A DNA stretch of 64,000 bases from positions 23,872,001 to 23,936,000 of the forward strand of contig CM119371.1 of assembly GCA_051294905.1 (NCBI GenBank). Reading direction: 5' to 3'. This DNA is from Botryllus schlosseri (lineage: Eukaryota). The notes under the pieces were generated by a model. The model made no database searches. It was not told the DNA's origin and saw only the letters and a program-made list of their open reading frames with translations. This document shows positions 51,489-62,469 of the stretch, one piece after another. Within the stretch, counting starts at the first letter, position 1. Each line of letters starts with the position of its first letter. Made by a program: the position numbers and the translations under genes.

Positions 51489-51752
51489 CCTTAAGCAATG
51501 ACTTTAATTTACGAATTGAGAGTTTCGGAAATGTTCAGGCATCGGTGTTTCATTACAATTTACGGAAGTGAGTGATACAGCTGACGGAAAAAGTGTCGTA
51601 ATGACCGATATTTGTTTTGGTACATATGTTACGAGTATACGCGATGAAGAAGTAGCGATTTAGTGTGTGACATTCCACCAAAAAGGGTCTTGTTCAAACC
51701 TGGCGGATGCTAAGTCGTGTAAAATTGGCTTTATCTTGATTCCATATGAGTG

Positions 51753-52127
51753 TATGTATGTATGTATTAATGTGCACGACACAGTGGAGCTTATCGCCTA
51801 TTTAGGCCTTGTGCTCCACGACACGAATTTCATAATGTTCAGAGGTCTTTGCTTTTTTGTAATCTTGGGAACGTCCTTCAATCTCTCTCGCAGTCATTCT
51901 TCATTCACTCTCGCTCCCATGCGTCCCCATCGTGGTCATTGCTGCCGACTTGTAGCACGGCTCACTTTCATTCTGGGCTTTTCAGTGCACTACCGTAGTA
52001 GCGAGGTCGGCGATGAGGAGCCCAGAGAAACCTCCGACACATAGAAGTTGGTCAGAACCTGGATTCGAGCCAACGTCCATTGGTGTCGTGACTGCAGTGT
52101 TTAACCAACTGCGCCACTCGCTTCCCC
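51753..52127 (-). mobile_element. tRNA-derived SINE, family 1 (second copy)
   Basis: 5' GGGGAAGCGAGTGGCGCAGTTGG, B-box-like GGCTCGAATCC, (TACA)n tail, 13-bp TSD TTCCATATGAGTG. Confidence 0.9.
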
Positions 52128-55063
52128 TTCCATATGAGTGAATCTTAAGTGTAATGCTTATGGACTGTGTACGGTGCACAGAATTCATATTTATTCACCA
52201 GACCACCCTTCACAGTGGGTGTGACAATATTCCTAACATTCCTGCTGCTGTCTTTACATTCCCGTGAGGTCCGACTCTGGATGATGTCGCGATATTAGAT
52301 GTTGTGAAAGTTGAAAACTACAATGCCGGACGCATGACGCTTAGAGCATGAGAAGAAATTCATCACTAAACGAGCATGCACCTTGCCAATTACAAAATTG
52401 TTTGCTTAAAAGTTTGCTCGGAATATTCAGCATTTCGTTTGTGAATCTTTAAGAACTATATGTTGTGAGCTTTGCCCACTATCACACAATAGCAAGAACG
52501 AAACACACTACATACAAGATTTATGGAATATCAACGTCTTAGGTGGAGTAACAATTGCACACTTAGTTAGTCTTCGTGAATAATACAGAAACATTGAACT
52601 GTTGCAATATCACAAGCACAATTGGGATTGGATCATACATGTCAGGTTTGAAATATTGTGGTTTCTTAGCGGTCAGACAATAAGAATGCACATGTAACCC
52701 TGATGCACATGTACCACTGTCATATGTTGTTTGCGGACAGCAGACTTTCAAAAAAGCTAAAATAACTGAATAATTTCTCGAAAACCTTGGCATAGTCCGA
52801 GATAGGCAAGAAGAAAGCATACTCCAATAACTGAAGATGATTGGAGTAGGATACCAGAGTAGATTGAAGCTTACATATGTTAGCTGACTATTACAGGCTC
52901 GAGTACCAAACGAGACAACCCAGAGAATTTCGAGTTATTAGTAGGGATGGTATGAACGTATGAACGAAAGGTTTAGGTTCGTGTGAACATGAACCTTTCT
53001 GAGAGGTTCAGTGTGAACGCGAACGTGAACCTCATGACGTCACGTGACATGATTTTGCTGATTCCATCCCTACATTTCAGAAGTGATAGCCTATAATAAT
53101 GAACTGTACTCACTAAATACACTGTACCTGTACGCGTACAAGTTAACGATACCTAGCGCACGACTCGGGCCACGTAATGCCACAATGCCGAAGCACATAT
53201 TGATGTTTTAAACGTCGCCAAATACATAAACTTGGGCCATCAAATGATATAATAATCCCATATACTCAATATCTTCCGTGGCTTTGCCAACAATTTCGAC
53301 GAGAACTTGCAACGGAATATAACGGTCAAGGCCAGACCGAACAATGTATTCGGCGTCTGAGTATTGTTGCGTTGATATTGAGCAGAATGTAAACCGGGTT
53401 TCTATACTTGCTACCGATATTACCCCATTAATAAGTTATACAGCAGTAGCCAACACCCCGATCGCACAGATTATTATTTTTTTTTAATGATACAATTACC
53501 ATATGAAGTCAAGATTTACCCCCTACGCTTGCTAGATTTTTTACATCAGACAACCATATCATATTCATTAATTGATTGAATAAGCATCATCCTTTGACCA
53601 CAGGTAGAAAAATTAGAAAAGTTTTATGCAATAAACACAAAATATTAAAAGTAGTACTTTTATGTGGGTTATGGGACAATGGGGTGGGTGCCTACAAAAA
53701 AAACTTGACGTTATAGATCAAAACGGAAGTCATTTTTTAATTCCGCGCCCAAAAGTTAGACGAAATCAATTATCTGATTCAATTCCACAGAACTTGTGCT
53801 TACCAGTGTTATTCCCGCGTATAGGTGATCGTAGATTACGTATCGATTTAAAGAACGCTTACTATTAAACGGGTACTTCGCTATAAATATGATGTGGTCT
53901 CAAATTGAAACTCGGATCAAAAACAATTTTTGGATACAGCCATTTTCTTCAGAAAGCCGCCGTGATGGAGCTGCAATTAAATGAATTATGGATATACCCG
54001 TTTCAATCCAGCTACCGCGTTTCTTGAACCATTGCGAAATCTCTGTCGCGGTATGTCCACCGTCGCACTTCCTCGAAGCGACCTCCATATTGTAGCTTAA
54101 TTTCATTATGCAGTACGTGGAAAACTTATGATGTATCACTTACTTTGCTTCCACAATCCATATGATACAACAGCACGGACTCTCAATGCCACTTGCAACA
54201 TATGTATGTTTTAGTATAATCACCATACGGGTCGGGGCTCGGTTGTAGGCATACGTTACAGGTATCGTTCTGTACTATGCTAATGTCTTATGATCTGGCA
54301 CTAACAAAGATTGTACTATGAACATTCTCAAGGGCACATTGATATTCACCATAAATATTAAAAACAGGCCTCTACAGGGAATTATCCGAATGAAGTCTAT
54401 GCCCACGAATATGTTATTGGCCAATGGATATTGTCGCAGTGCTGTATTGCATAAACTACAAAAATACTATTATTTTACATCAATAACAACGAGGCACAAT
54501 CGGCATCACCTTCTTTATATCATTCTAGTAAAGTGGTTCTCAACCTTTTTGTCTTTGCGGACCCCTTTCGGACCATCACGGAAGCTGCGTACCCCCACGA
54601 ACTTTCAGTTCAAATTTTGCTCAATAATCGTGCAATCGTCATCTGTCTCGTGCAAATGATAACTGTAGGCTTAGTGATAAACAGCAACAAAAGTAATTTT
54701 CTTGAAAATGATATCACACTATTCATGTAGAAATTGAGTTGACTTATTTTCGGCATTTTTGGAAATACGTGGTCGTGTCTTGAAAATCCGCTCCTTCGAT
54801 TGGATATGAAAATCCATTTCCACAAATATAGGCGGTGGCGAATGTAATGATAACGCGTAACGCTTCTGTCGACACATTTGTGTATGATTGCAACAAATAT
54901 GCGACCAAAATGGACAAACAATTTTTTCATAATGAGCATATAACGTCAAACCTGGTCATTTCTATCTAGCAGCTTATCTTGAAGTTAGTATGGAAAGCAT
55001 GGTTATTGGTTAGGTATATCACAGGAGGAAATATTTTGAAGTCACCGTGATTGACCTTATATT

Positions 55064-55994
55064 CAGTGCTGGGATCAAGTCACTACCTTCGAGTCACGAG
55101 TCATTTCGAGTCATTGCACATTTTGACTCGAGTCAAGTCAATAGATTTTCGAAGGTGACTCGAGTCAGGTCAAGTCACTCGATTTTAGGAAGTGACTCGA
55201 GTCAAGTCAAGTCAAGTAACGAGTCAAGTCACAATTCAAGTCAAGTTGCCTATTTGCAGTATTAGGAATGATTACGTCATTGCATTTTACTAGCTGTCTG
55301 ATATGCAGATTGAGTGGTCATTGATTCTGAACAACTGAACCAATATAGAGTTAAATACACAGGCAAAAAGACGCTGTATCGCTCGCATATACGTACAGCA
55401 CAGCCTCAATTTATAGTTACCAGCGAAAATACAGAATAGAGAAAAGAATTGATAACATGCAATACATTGCCCATTTGCAAATTGATATGATACAATTCGA
55501 GTCTGCGCCAGTGGTTGAGGACTATATAAACTATATTCGAATTCAATTTCAAGCAAGCAATATGTTTGGCTAAGGTAAGAACAGAGAACAGAAATAGACA
55601 TTTTGCTGTTAAATTACTTTACTAGTTTAGGACAACGTAAGCTGTAAGTTTCGATCACTTCGCTTGCGGTCAATTTATTTGTGAGAGAACCATGGAGGCT
55701 CAGTAATACGCACGATCGTTGAATGATTGGTCGCTCTCACGGATTACACCAGCATTTCGCTAACAATCCGACCATATGCAAGATACAGTGATTTCTATCG
55801 ACGCCGATTACTTGATGACTTGAAATTGACTCGTGAATTTTGCTCCGAGTCACGAGTCAATCAATATTTCTGATATGCTGAGTCAAGTCAAGTCAAGTCA
55901 TTTGAGCAAAGTGACTCGAGTCAAGTCAAGTCATACGAAAAAGGTGACTCGAGTCTGACTTGAGTCAAGTCATGACTCGAGTCATCCCAACACT
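55064..55994. mobile_element. hAT-type MITE with GAGTCAAGTC repeats
   Basis: CAGTGCTGGGAT / ATCCCAACACT; perfect TSD CTTATATT. Confidence 0.88.
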
Positions 55995-56210
55995 CTTATA
56001 TTATCGAACTTTTTCTTTCCAAAATCCCCAACAAAATATCTCTATACAGCAAAATGTTTGTATCAGTAGGGTATTGACAATTTAGCAATTATAATGAGTC
56101 TGCACAGTAGGGTGTTTCATCTCAGATGGCCAATCTTTTGATGTGAGCTCTGGAGTTTTACTGGTAATGAAGCAAAACTGTCTCGTGATTTTCCGAATTT
56201 GAAGAAATAC

Positions 56211-59200
56211 TGTTATGTTCTTGATCTTGTTTGAACGATAACTCAATACGACGAGGTTGCAATATGAAATCAGTATATATTAACAGCAGTATAACTTTAA
56301 GACAGGCGACACGATCCAGAGTGCAGTTAAATGAAAGACCCGTAGAGAACAGAACACAGGGTATAAATACAAAGCACGACACACGAGGAAATAATGATTG
56401 GCAGTAATTACTAATCCTAGACAAATAAGAAACAAACGATACCAACGTAAAATGCACGAACATAACAGTCCTCCCCTGTAAGTTAAGAGTACAGGTGATC
56501 TACGTTGGCCGATAGAAATCAGTTTGTTTTCTAATTCTATGCGGATAACGTCTGCCCGACGTTCGAGCAGGACTAGCTACAGGACGTTGTGCCCTATTCC
56601 TGACCAATGGTTGCTCAACTTGTGGTTGCTGAGGCTGAGCAACTTCCTGTGTGGCTGTATTATTGCCAGCTGAAATCAAGCGTGGTTGGAGTTGGTTTTT
56701 GTGCCTTCTCCAATACCCATGATCCGTTTTTACAATGTACACAACACGCCCCAGTATTTCCGTCACCACGCCAGCAACCCACTTTGGTACGCTTCGGTAA
56801 CTGCGAGCGTAAACCGAGGAACCAATCTCGAAATGAGTGACTGATTGTCCAGGCGTAACGGGTTTCGATTTGTCGAAGGGCGAGCACAAACTTAACAAAT
56901 TGCGCGGCTGTCGACCATGTAAAATCTCGGCAGGCGTTTTCCAGTCTATGCCCGGGTGCGGTGCACATCGGTACGTAGCGAGAAGTGTTTGGAGCGCGAA
57001 GTTGAGATCTTTTCCCCCGTCGCAATTTTTTATTAATCCAGCTTTCAAAGTCTGGACGAAACGCTCCGCTTCCCCGTTCGAGGCAGGGTGAAAAGACGGT
57101 GATACGATATGGCTGATAGCCAAATTAGAGCAAAACGTATCGAATTCATTCGATGTGAATTGCGGCCCGCCATCCGTGACAATTGTTATAGGCAAGCCTT
57201 CGACAGAGAAGACTTCCCTCAAAGCGTTGACCACACACAAGGTTGTGGTAGAACCGACATTCATTACTTTAACGAAAGGATATTTCGAATGCGCATCGAC
57301 GATGACAAGAAATATTTTATTGTTTATTGGACCTGCGAAATCCAAGTGAATTCGTTCAAAGCTTTCAGAAGTTTTTGGCCATTCGCGATACTGACGATCA
57401 GGCGCTTTCATTACCTTACGGCAAGCGTCGCAACTCTTAACGAGATTTTCAATGTCGCGATAAATGGAAGGCCATGCGATGTAACGTCGAGCCATCTGCT
57501 TCATTTTCGCGATACCCCAATGTCCTTCGTGCAACAATGATAATACTCGCGAGCGAAGTGACTGCGGAATTACTACGCGCTGAAAACCATCAATATTGAG
57601 CATGACTATGTCTTCGTGCAGAGAAAGTGAATGTTTGCGAGTTGAAAACCAAGAAAAATCATCAATGTGCGTCTTTGGATTCCAATTTCCATGAGTGACA
57701 GATAATTTCACTAGTTCCATGGTTTTGTCTTTCAGCGTCGCGTCCCGAATTTCATTGCGAGTTAACGGTAAGCCATCGAATGCCATATTAATAGCGTGAA
57801 CGATCTCCGCGTTTTCACGAATTTCCAGTTCGTCAAACTCAGGGTCTGGACCCTTTGGTAAGCGAGATAAACCGTCGGCGTTTCCGTGCTGATTAGTCGG
57901 TTTATAGCGAATATCGTATTGGTAAGCCATGAGCGTTAGTGCCCATCGCTGTAAGCGTTGCGCTGTAATCACGGGAATTTTCTTGTCCGGCGAGAAAATA
58001 GCTAAAAGCGGTTTGTGGTCCGTTACGAGCGTAAATTTTCTACCATACAAGAATTGACGAAATTTAGTGACTCCGTAAATGATTGACAGAGCTTCCTTCT
58101 CGATTTGAGAGTAGGATTTTTGCGAATCAGAAAGTGTTTTCGACGCGTGCGCGATCGGTCTCTCTTCGCCATTGTGCTCGATTGAGAGGACAGCGCCGAT
58201 TCCTAATTGAGAAGCATCAGTTGACAAAATGAGCTGCTTGTTTACATCATAATGAGCTAACTGCGTAGCGTCGATTACGTCGTTTTGGAGAATGCGAAAA
58301 GCTGCGTCACAGTCCGTATTCCAAATGAATTTCGCGTCTTTTTGAAGTAGACGGTACAAGGCAGCGGCTTTATTCGTGAAATTAGGAATAAACGCGCGAT
58401 AATAATTTACTTTGCCCAGGAATGCCTGTAGCTGGCGAACATCCTGAGGTTTAGGCAACTGTTTGATTGCTTCAACGGATTTGTTAGACGGGCGTTTGCC
58501 GTCCTTGTCGATTATATGACCAAGGTACTCGATACTACTTTTGAAAAATTCACATTTCGCGAAATTGACGGTGAAGCCGTATTCGGTGAGGTGCTCAAAG
58601 AGTAGCGATAAGTTGCGAAAATGATCGCGTTCATCAATGCCAGTAACGATTATGTCATCGATAAAACTAGCAACACCGGGTAAGCCGGCGATCATGGCAT
58701 CAATACAGCGTTGAAAATTTGCGGGACTAGATGCGACTCCGAAACACATGCGTCGATAACGGAAAAGACCGAATTGCGTGTTGATGACACACAAATTCTT
58801 CGCATCATCATCTAATTCTAGCTGAAAATAAGCATCGGCAAGATCAATTTTCGTGAAAATACAACCACCCTGTAACTTGTGAAGAATTTCATCTAATGAG
58901 GGCAGGGGATGTTGATCTATCTGAATTTGTTGATTCAATGCTTTGAAGTCACCACAAATGCGTACTGATCCATTTGATTTAGTGACGGCAACAATTGGTG
59001 CTGCCCAATCACTGTAATTGATTGGTTCGAGGATACCTTGATTGACTAATCTATCCAATTCGGTTTGAACAGCGATTTGCCTTGCAAACGGCAAAGGGCG
59101 TGGCTTGTTAAATACGGGGTTGGCATTAGGTTTCAAGTGAATTGTCACCTTTGTCTTGGTGCATCGTCCTAATACATTAGAGAAAACGGAGGGAAATTTG

Positions 59201-60934
59201 GACTGAAAAGATACCAATTTGTCGTTCGAATCAGAAATGTCAATAGTATTACATGATTGCGATTTGACCATCTGCGAGGAAATTGCATCCAAAGCAGACG
59301 TTGCCTTAGCGGTCATGGAGAAAGCGTCGCTCCAATCGAGACCAAAAATGTTTTGCCCACGGTGTTCGTCGAGAACTACCAATTTTAAGCCAACTCGAAC
59401 TTCAGAACCCACCTGCACAGTTACAGTGCAAATACCTTTCACTTTCAGTGGCTTGTCGCCGTACGCTACTAAAGAGCAATGGTATGCTGAGAGTTTCGGA
59501 GAGCCCAAAGTTTTGTACCCAGTCAATCCCACCATGGCGGAGGGTGCACCAGTGTCCCACTGTGTTGACAACGGAATGCCGTTGATGCTGGAGTTGATCC
59601 AGAGCTGGTTTCCCACGCGTCGATATAGTTGATCGATGTCGAAGGAGAGGAGTGGCACTGAGCAGAAATTGACGGATGTGACCTGTTGCGTGATACTAGG
59701 TTTGGTAGACATGCACACAGGTTTGATATGACCTTTACGACCACATTTCTGACATACTGCATGTCGATATTGACAGTCTTTTCTCTGGTGATCGATGAAA
59801 CAGCGGCTGCAGGATTTCAGTCTTTCCGGGAAGTTGCCTTGGATGGATTTGGAAGGTTTTTTCCCCTTCTGATAACTTCCCGTCATTTTGTTGACGATGG
59901 AAGCGTCTTTACTGCTACTCTCGCCTTGGATAACCCTATCAGTTTCCAGCGTTCTCACGTGTGTTGCGGCTACTTTGAGAACGTCGTCAAGGGATGGATT
60001 GGTTTGTGTTAGACAATGCCGTCTCACATCCGCGTGCGGCGTTTCTTTAATGATGAGATCGCGCATTAGCTCATCAACGTAGCTCTGATCACAGCCATCT
60101 CTTGAGCATATGAAGTTGCAATCTTTAGAGATTCCGCGTAGAGTAGCGATCCAATCGGCGTACGATTGTCCCGGTTGCATTTTACAGTTGTAAAATTCGT
60201 ACCTGGCTGCTTGCACATGAATTGAGTCTTTGAAGTGTGTAGACAACTTCTCAGACAACGCGTCGAAGGTTTGCGCACTGACATCAGCAGCCCCAAACAA
60301 ATTACGTAAGAGCGAGTACGTTTCAGGTCCGACCCATGAGAGTAGACACGCTCTTCTTTTCTCCATGTTGGAAATACCGTAAATTGCTAGGTGATGGTTG
60401 AATCGTTGCAGATACTGGTCCCATTTCTCCTTTGATTTTACGAATGAATCAAACTTGGGAGCGATGGCTTCAGATGTTGACGCACCGGGACTCAACCTCT
60501 GCACTAATTGCGATATGGCCTCCTCATGCTGCAGCTTTTGCTGTGCCATATCTTCTTTGTGCTGTGCGCGTTGTTCCGCCATCATCTCCTGCTGCTTCTC
60601 TAGAAGCTTCAATATACTTGCTTCCATGATGTATCTCAGTCGCAGAAATAAATATGAATCCGACTTCTGACACCAATTGTTATGTTCTTGATCTTGTTTG
60701 AACGATAACTCAATACGACGAGGTTGCAATGTGAAATCAGTATATATTAACAGCAGTATAACTTTAAGACAGGCGACACGATCCAGAGTGCAGTTAAATG
60801 AAAGACCCGTAGAGAACAGAACACAGGGTATAAATACAAAGCACGACACACGAGGAAATAATGATTGGCAGTAATTACTAATCCTAGACAAATAAGAAAC
60901 AAACGATACCAACGTAAAATGCACGAACATAACA
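56211..60934 (-). mobile_element. Intact young Gypsy (Mag-like) LTR retrotransposon (element 2)
   Basis: 257-bp LTRs 56211-56467 and 60678-60934 (one difference seen); 5-bp TSD AATAC; PBS TGGTGTCAGAAGTCGGATTC (60656-60675), near-complementary to a tRNA-Leu 3' end; PPT AGGGGAGG. Confidence 0.97.
56500..60627 (-). CDS. gag-pol: Single-ORF Gag-Pol polyprotein (probable start MEASILK at 60627)
   Basis: Gag knuckles CSRC..DH..C and CQKCGRKGHIKPVC; WDTGA protease; RT (IDLADAYFQ, FGVASSP, FIDD); RH (TDAS, EKEAL, TDHKPL, ADGLSR); integrase (LHEGHWG, CDAC, LDFAGP, TDGGPQF, AERFV). Confidence 0.96.
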   Translation of the reverse strand: MEASILKLLEKQQEMMAEQRAQHKEDMAQQKLQHEEAISQLVQRLSPGASTSEAIAPKFDSFVKSKEKWDQYLQRFNHHLAIYGISNMEKRRACLLSWVGPETYSLLRNLFGAADVSAQTFDALSEKLSTHFKDSIHVQAARYEFYNCKMQPGQSYADWIATLRGISKDCNFICSRDGCDQSYVDELMRDLIIKETPHADVRRHCLTQTNPSLDDVLKVAATHVRTLETDRVIQGESSSKDASIVNKMTGSYQKGKKPSKSIQGNFPERLKSCSRCFIDHQRKDCQYRHAVCQKCGRKGHIKPVCMSTKPSITQQVTSVNFCSVPLLSFDIDQLYRRVGNQLWINSSINGIPLSTQWDTGAPSAMVGLTGYKTLGSPKLSAYHCSLVAYGDKPLKVKGICTVTVQVGSEVRVGLKLVVLDEHRGQNIFGLDWSDAFSMTAKATSALDAISSQMVKSQSCNTIDISDSNDKLVSFQSKFPSVFSNVLGRCTKTKVTIHLKPNANPVFNKPRPLPFARQIAVQTELDRLVNQGILEPINYSDWAAPIVAVTKSNGSVRICGDFKALNQQIQIDQHPLPSLDEILHKLQGGCIFTKIDLADAYFQLELDDDAKNLCVINTQFGLFRYRRMCFGVASSPANFQRCIDAMIAGLPGVASFIDDIIVTGIDERDHFRNLSLLFEHLTEYGFTVNFAKCEFFKSSIEYLGHIIDKDGKRPSNKSVEAIKQLPKPQDVRQLQAFLGKVNYYRAFIPNFTNKAAALYRLLQKDAKFIWNTDCDAAFRILQNDVIDATQLAHYDVNKQLILSTDASQLGIGAVLSIEHNGEERPIAHASKTLSDSQKSYSQIEKEALSIIYGVTKFRQFLYGRKFTLVTDHKPLLAIFSPDKKIPVITAQRLQRWALTLMAYQYDIRYKPTNQHGNADGLSRLPKGPDPEFDELEIRENAEIVHAINMAFDGLPLTRNEIRDATLKDKTMELVKLSVTHGNWNPKTHIDDFSWFSTRKHSLSLHEDIVMLNIDGFQRVVIPQSLRSRVLSLLHEGHWGIAKMKQMARRYIAWPSIYRDIENLVKSCDACRKVMKAPDRQYREWPKTSESFERIHLDFAGPINNKIFLVIVDAHSKYPFVKVMNVGSTTTLCVVNALREVFSVEGLPITIVTDGGPQFTSNEFDTFCSNLAISHIVSPSFHPASNGEAERFVQTLKAGLIKNCDGGKDLNFALQTLLATYRCAPHPGIDWKTPAEILHGRQPRNLLSLCSPFDKSKPVTPGQSVTHFEIGSSVYARSYRSVPKWVAGVVTEILGRVVYIVKTDHGYWRRHKNQLQPRLISAGNNTATQEVAQPQQPQVEQPLVRNRAQRPVASPARTSGRRYPHRIRKQTDFYRPT

Positions 60935-61653
60935 AATACAAATTAGGTTATCAAAATGTTTGTATCAGTAGGCCATTGACAATTTAGCAATTAAAATGAG
61001 TCTGCAGAATAGGATATTTCGTCTCAGATGGTCATTCTGTTGATATGAGCTCTGGAGTTTTACTAGTAATGAAGCTAAACTGCCTTGTGATTTTCCGAAT
61101 TTAAAAAATACAAATTAGGTTATCAACTATTTTGAGTCTTCGCGGACCCCAGAGGTCCGCGGACCCCCGGTTGAGAACCACTGCTCTAGTGCATTGTGCA
61201 TTCGGTTATATACAAATTATACAGCTACGTTAATTCCCCATTCAATCGGACGGCATTTGTACAGCATGGTACCGGTAATTTACAACAGAGTCTCGTCAGT
61301 ATGGTATGGCATGGTAGTATGTTGCAATATGAGTGGCATTGAGAGTACGTGCTGTTGTATCATGTGGCTGTAAACTGACTGTCGCAGCATATGTTTACAT
61401 ATACTACATAAATAAATTGAGCTACAATATGGAGGTCACGTCGAGCAAGTGCGACGGTTAAGATATCACGCCAGAAATTCCGCAACGGTTTAAGAAACGA
61501 TGACACGCAGCCATACGTCAGTTGGGCTTATCCAAAATTCAGGTAATTGCAGCTCCATTACGAAGGCATTCTGAACAAAATGACTGCGGCCAAAAAAAAA
61601 ATTAGATCTGTGCTTCAATTTGAGATCATATCATTTGTGGAACGTAGTGCCTC

Positions 61654-62099
61654 TTGGGTTGCCTTTAAAACAAACGGTGTTTTAAAACACTTTGTTTAAA
61701 GCGTATTTTAGACTGTGTTTTAAAAAAGGCCTTTAAAACATTGTGTTTTTTTTCAGATGTAAAATTATGCCCTACATGTTTAAACACTTTCCAAGAAAAC
61801 ATGTTGTATGAGTCTACGGACGATTGCCACCCGGTATAGCCGGCGTACATTGGGATGGAATAGTTGGAACCCACAAAATAGTCATTTCAATAGCAATAGA
61901 ACAGATATTTCGTCAAAGGAGCTATATAGTTACCCAATATTTTCAATTTTCATTGTTAATGAACTATGACGTCACAATTAAATATTCGTGACGTCACGGC
62001 TTTAAAAAAAACTAATAAAATAACAAAACATGTTTTAAACAAGAGCATTGTTTGAAACATCGTTGTTTTAATTTGATTCCTGTTTTAAATGCAACCCAA
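61654..62099. mobile_element. MITE with TTTAAAACA repeats inserted in the Kolobok TIR
   Basis: TIRs TTGGGTTGCCTTTAAAACA / TGTTTTAAATGCAACCCAA; TSD AGTGCCTC/AGTGCCCC. Confidence 0.75.
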
Positions 62100-62272
62100 A
62101 GTGCCCCTTTAACGCTTAATGAAGGTTCCGTTGCAAAACTTAGTGTCATGTTTCGCTGAGGCAAATGTTGAAATAACTACGCTATTTTCTCAGAACATTT
62201 TAGGTACTTATTAACACAAGTGTTTGACATGTACTGTCGATATAATGCAACATTTATACTTGTTGACTTCAG

Positions 62273-62443
62273 ATTCCGGCACTTTGTATTTATTGGTCAT
62301 ATTCAACTGCAACTGAGGATCATATATCAGTTCTGTGCAATTTGATGGAGTTTGCTGTGGTAGAACTGGCTCTATTTAATTGGGAAATTGATGCAGAAGG
62401 AAGACAAAGACTTGAAGATACACTTCATCTTGAAAACTCAAAG
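62273..62443 (+). CDS. Probable further LRR-like exon D (57 aa, phase 0-0), possibly near the C-terminus
   Basis: tgttgacttcag|ATT...AAG|gtgggt; 171 nt, stop-free; IPALCIYWSYSTATEDHISVLCNLMEFAVVELALFNWEIDAEGRQRLEDTLHLENSK; two strand-like motifs (IPALCIYWS, VVELALFNWEI) about 28 aa apart; low identity to the other exons. Confidence 0.6.
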
Positions 62444-62469
62444 GTGGGTTTCTCATTGGCCAGAAGTGG

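Larger units (their letters stand above)
54531..61183. mobile_element. hAT MITE hosting a MITE and a Gypsy element
   Basis: AAGTGGTTCTCAACC / GGTTGAGAACCACTG; TSD TTCTAGTA/CTCTAGTG; GCGGACCCC motifs. Confidence 0.78.
53869..62108. mobile_element. Older Kolobok-type MITE (same family as 47940-48430) stretched by nested insertions
   Basis: TTAA|ACGGGTACTTCGCT left arm ~53869-54190; right arm ~61330-61653 resuming as AGTGCCCCT|TTAA. Confidence 0.72.

Noticed and set aside
52590..52700. Possible additional exon in the 44202-62272 interval
   Set aside because: Wrong length and phase, weak splice sites and no LRR pattern. Further divergent exons cannot be excluded without RNA data.
56158..56463. 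101-aa ORF duplicating the N-terminus of the 1476-aa ORF
   Set aside because: It is the 3' LTR copy read in the same frame, not a separate gene.
36854..60670. Many plus-strand and alternate-frame ORFs overlapping the Gypsy pol genes (e.g. 38688..39344)
   Set aside because: Antisense or shadow ORFs of long coding sequence, with no motifs of their own.
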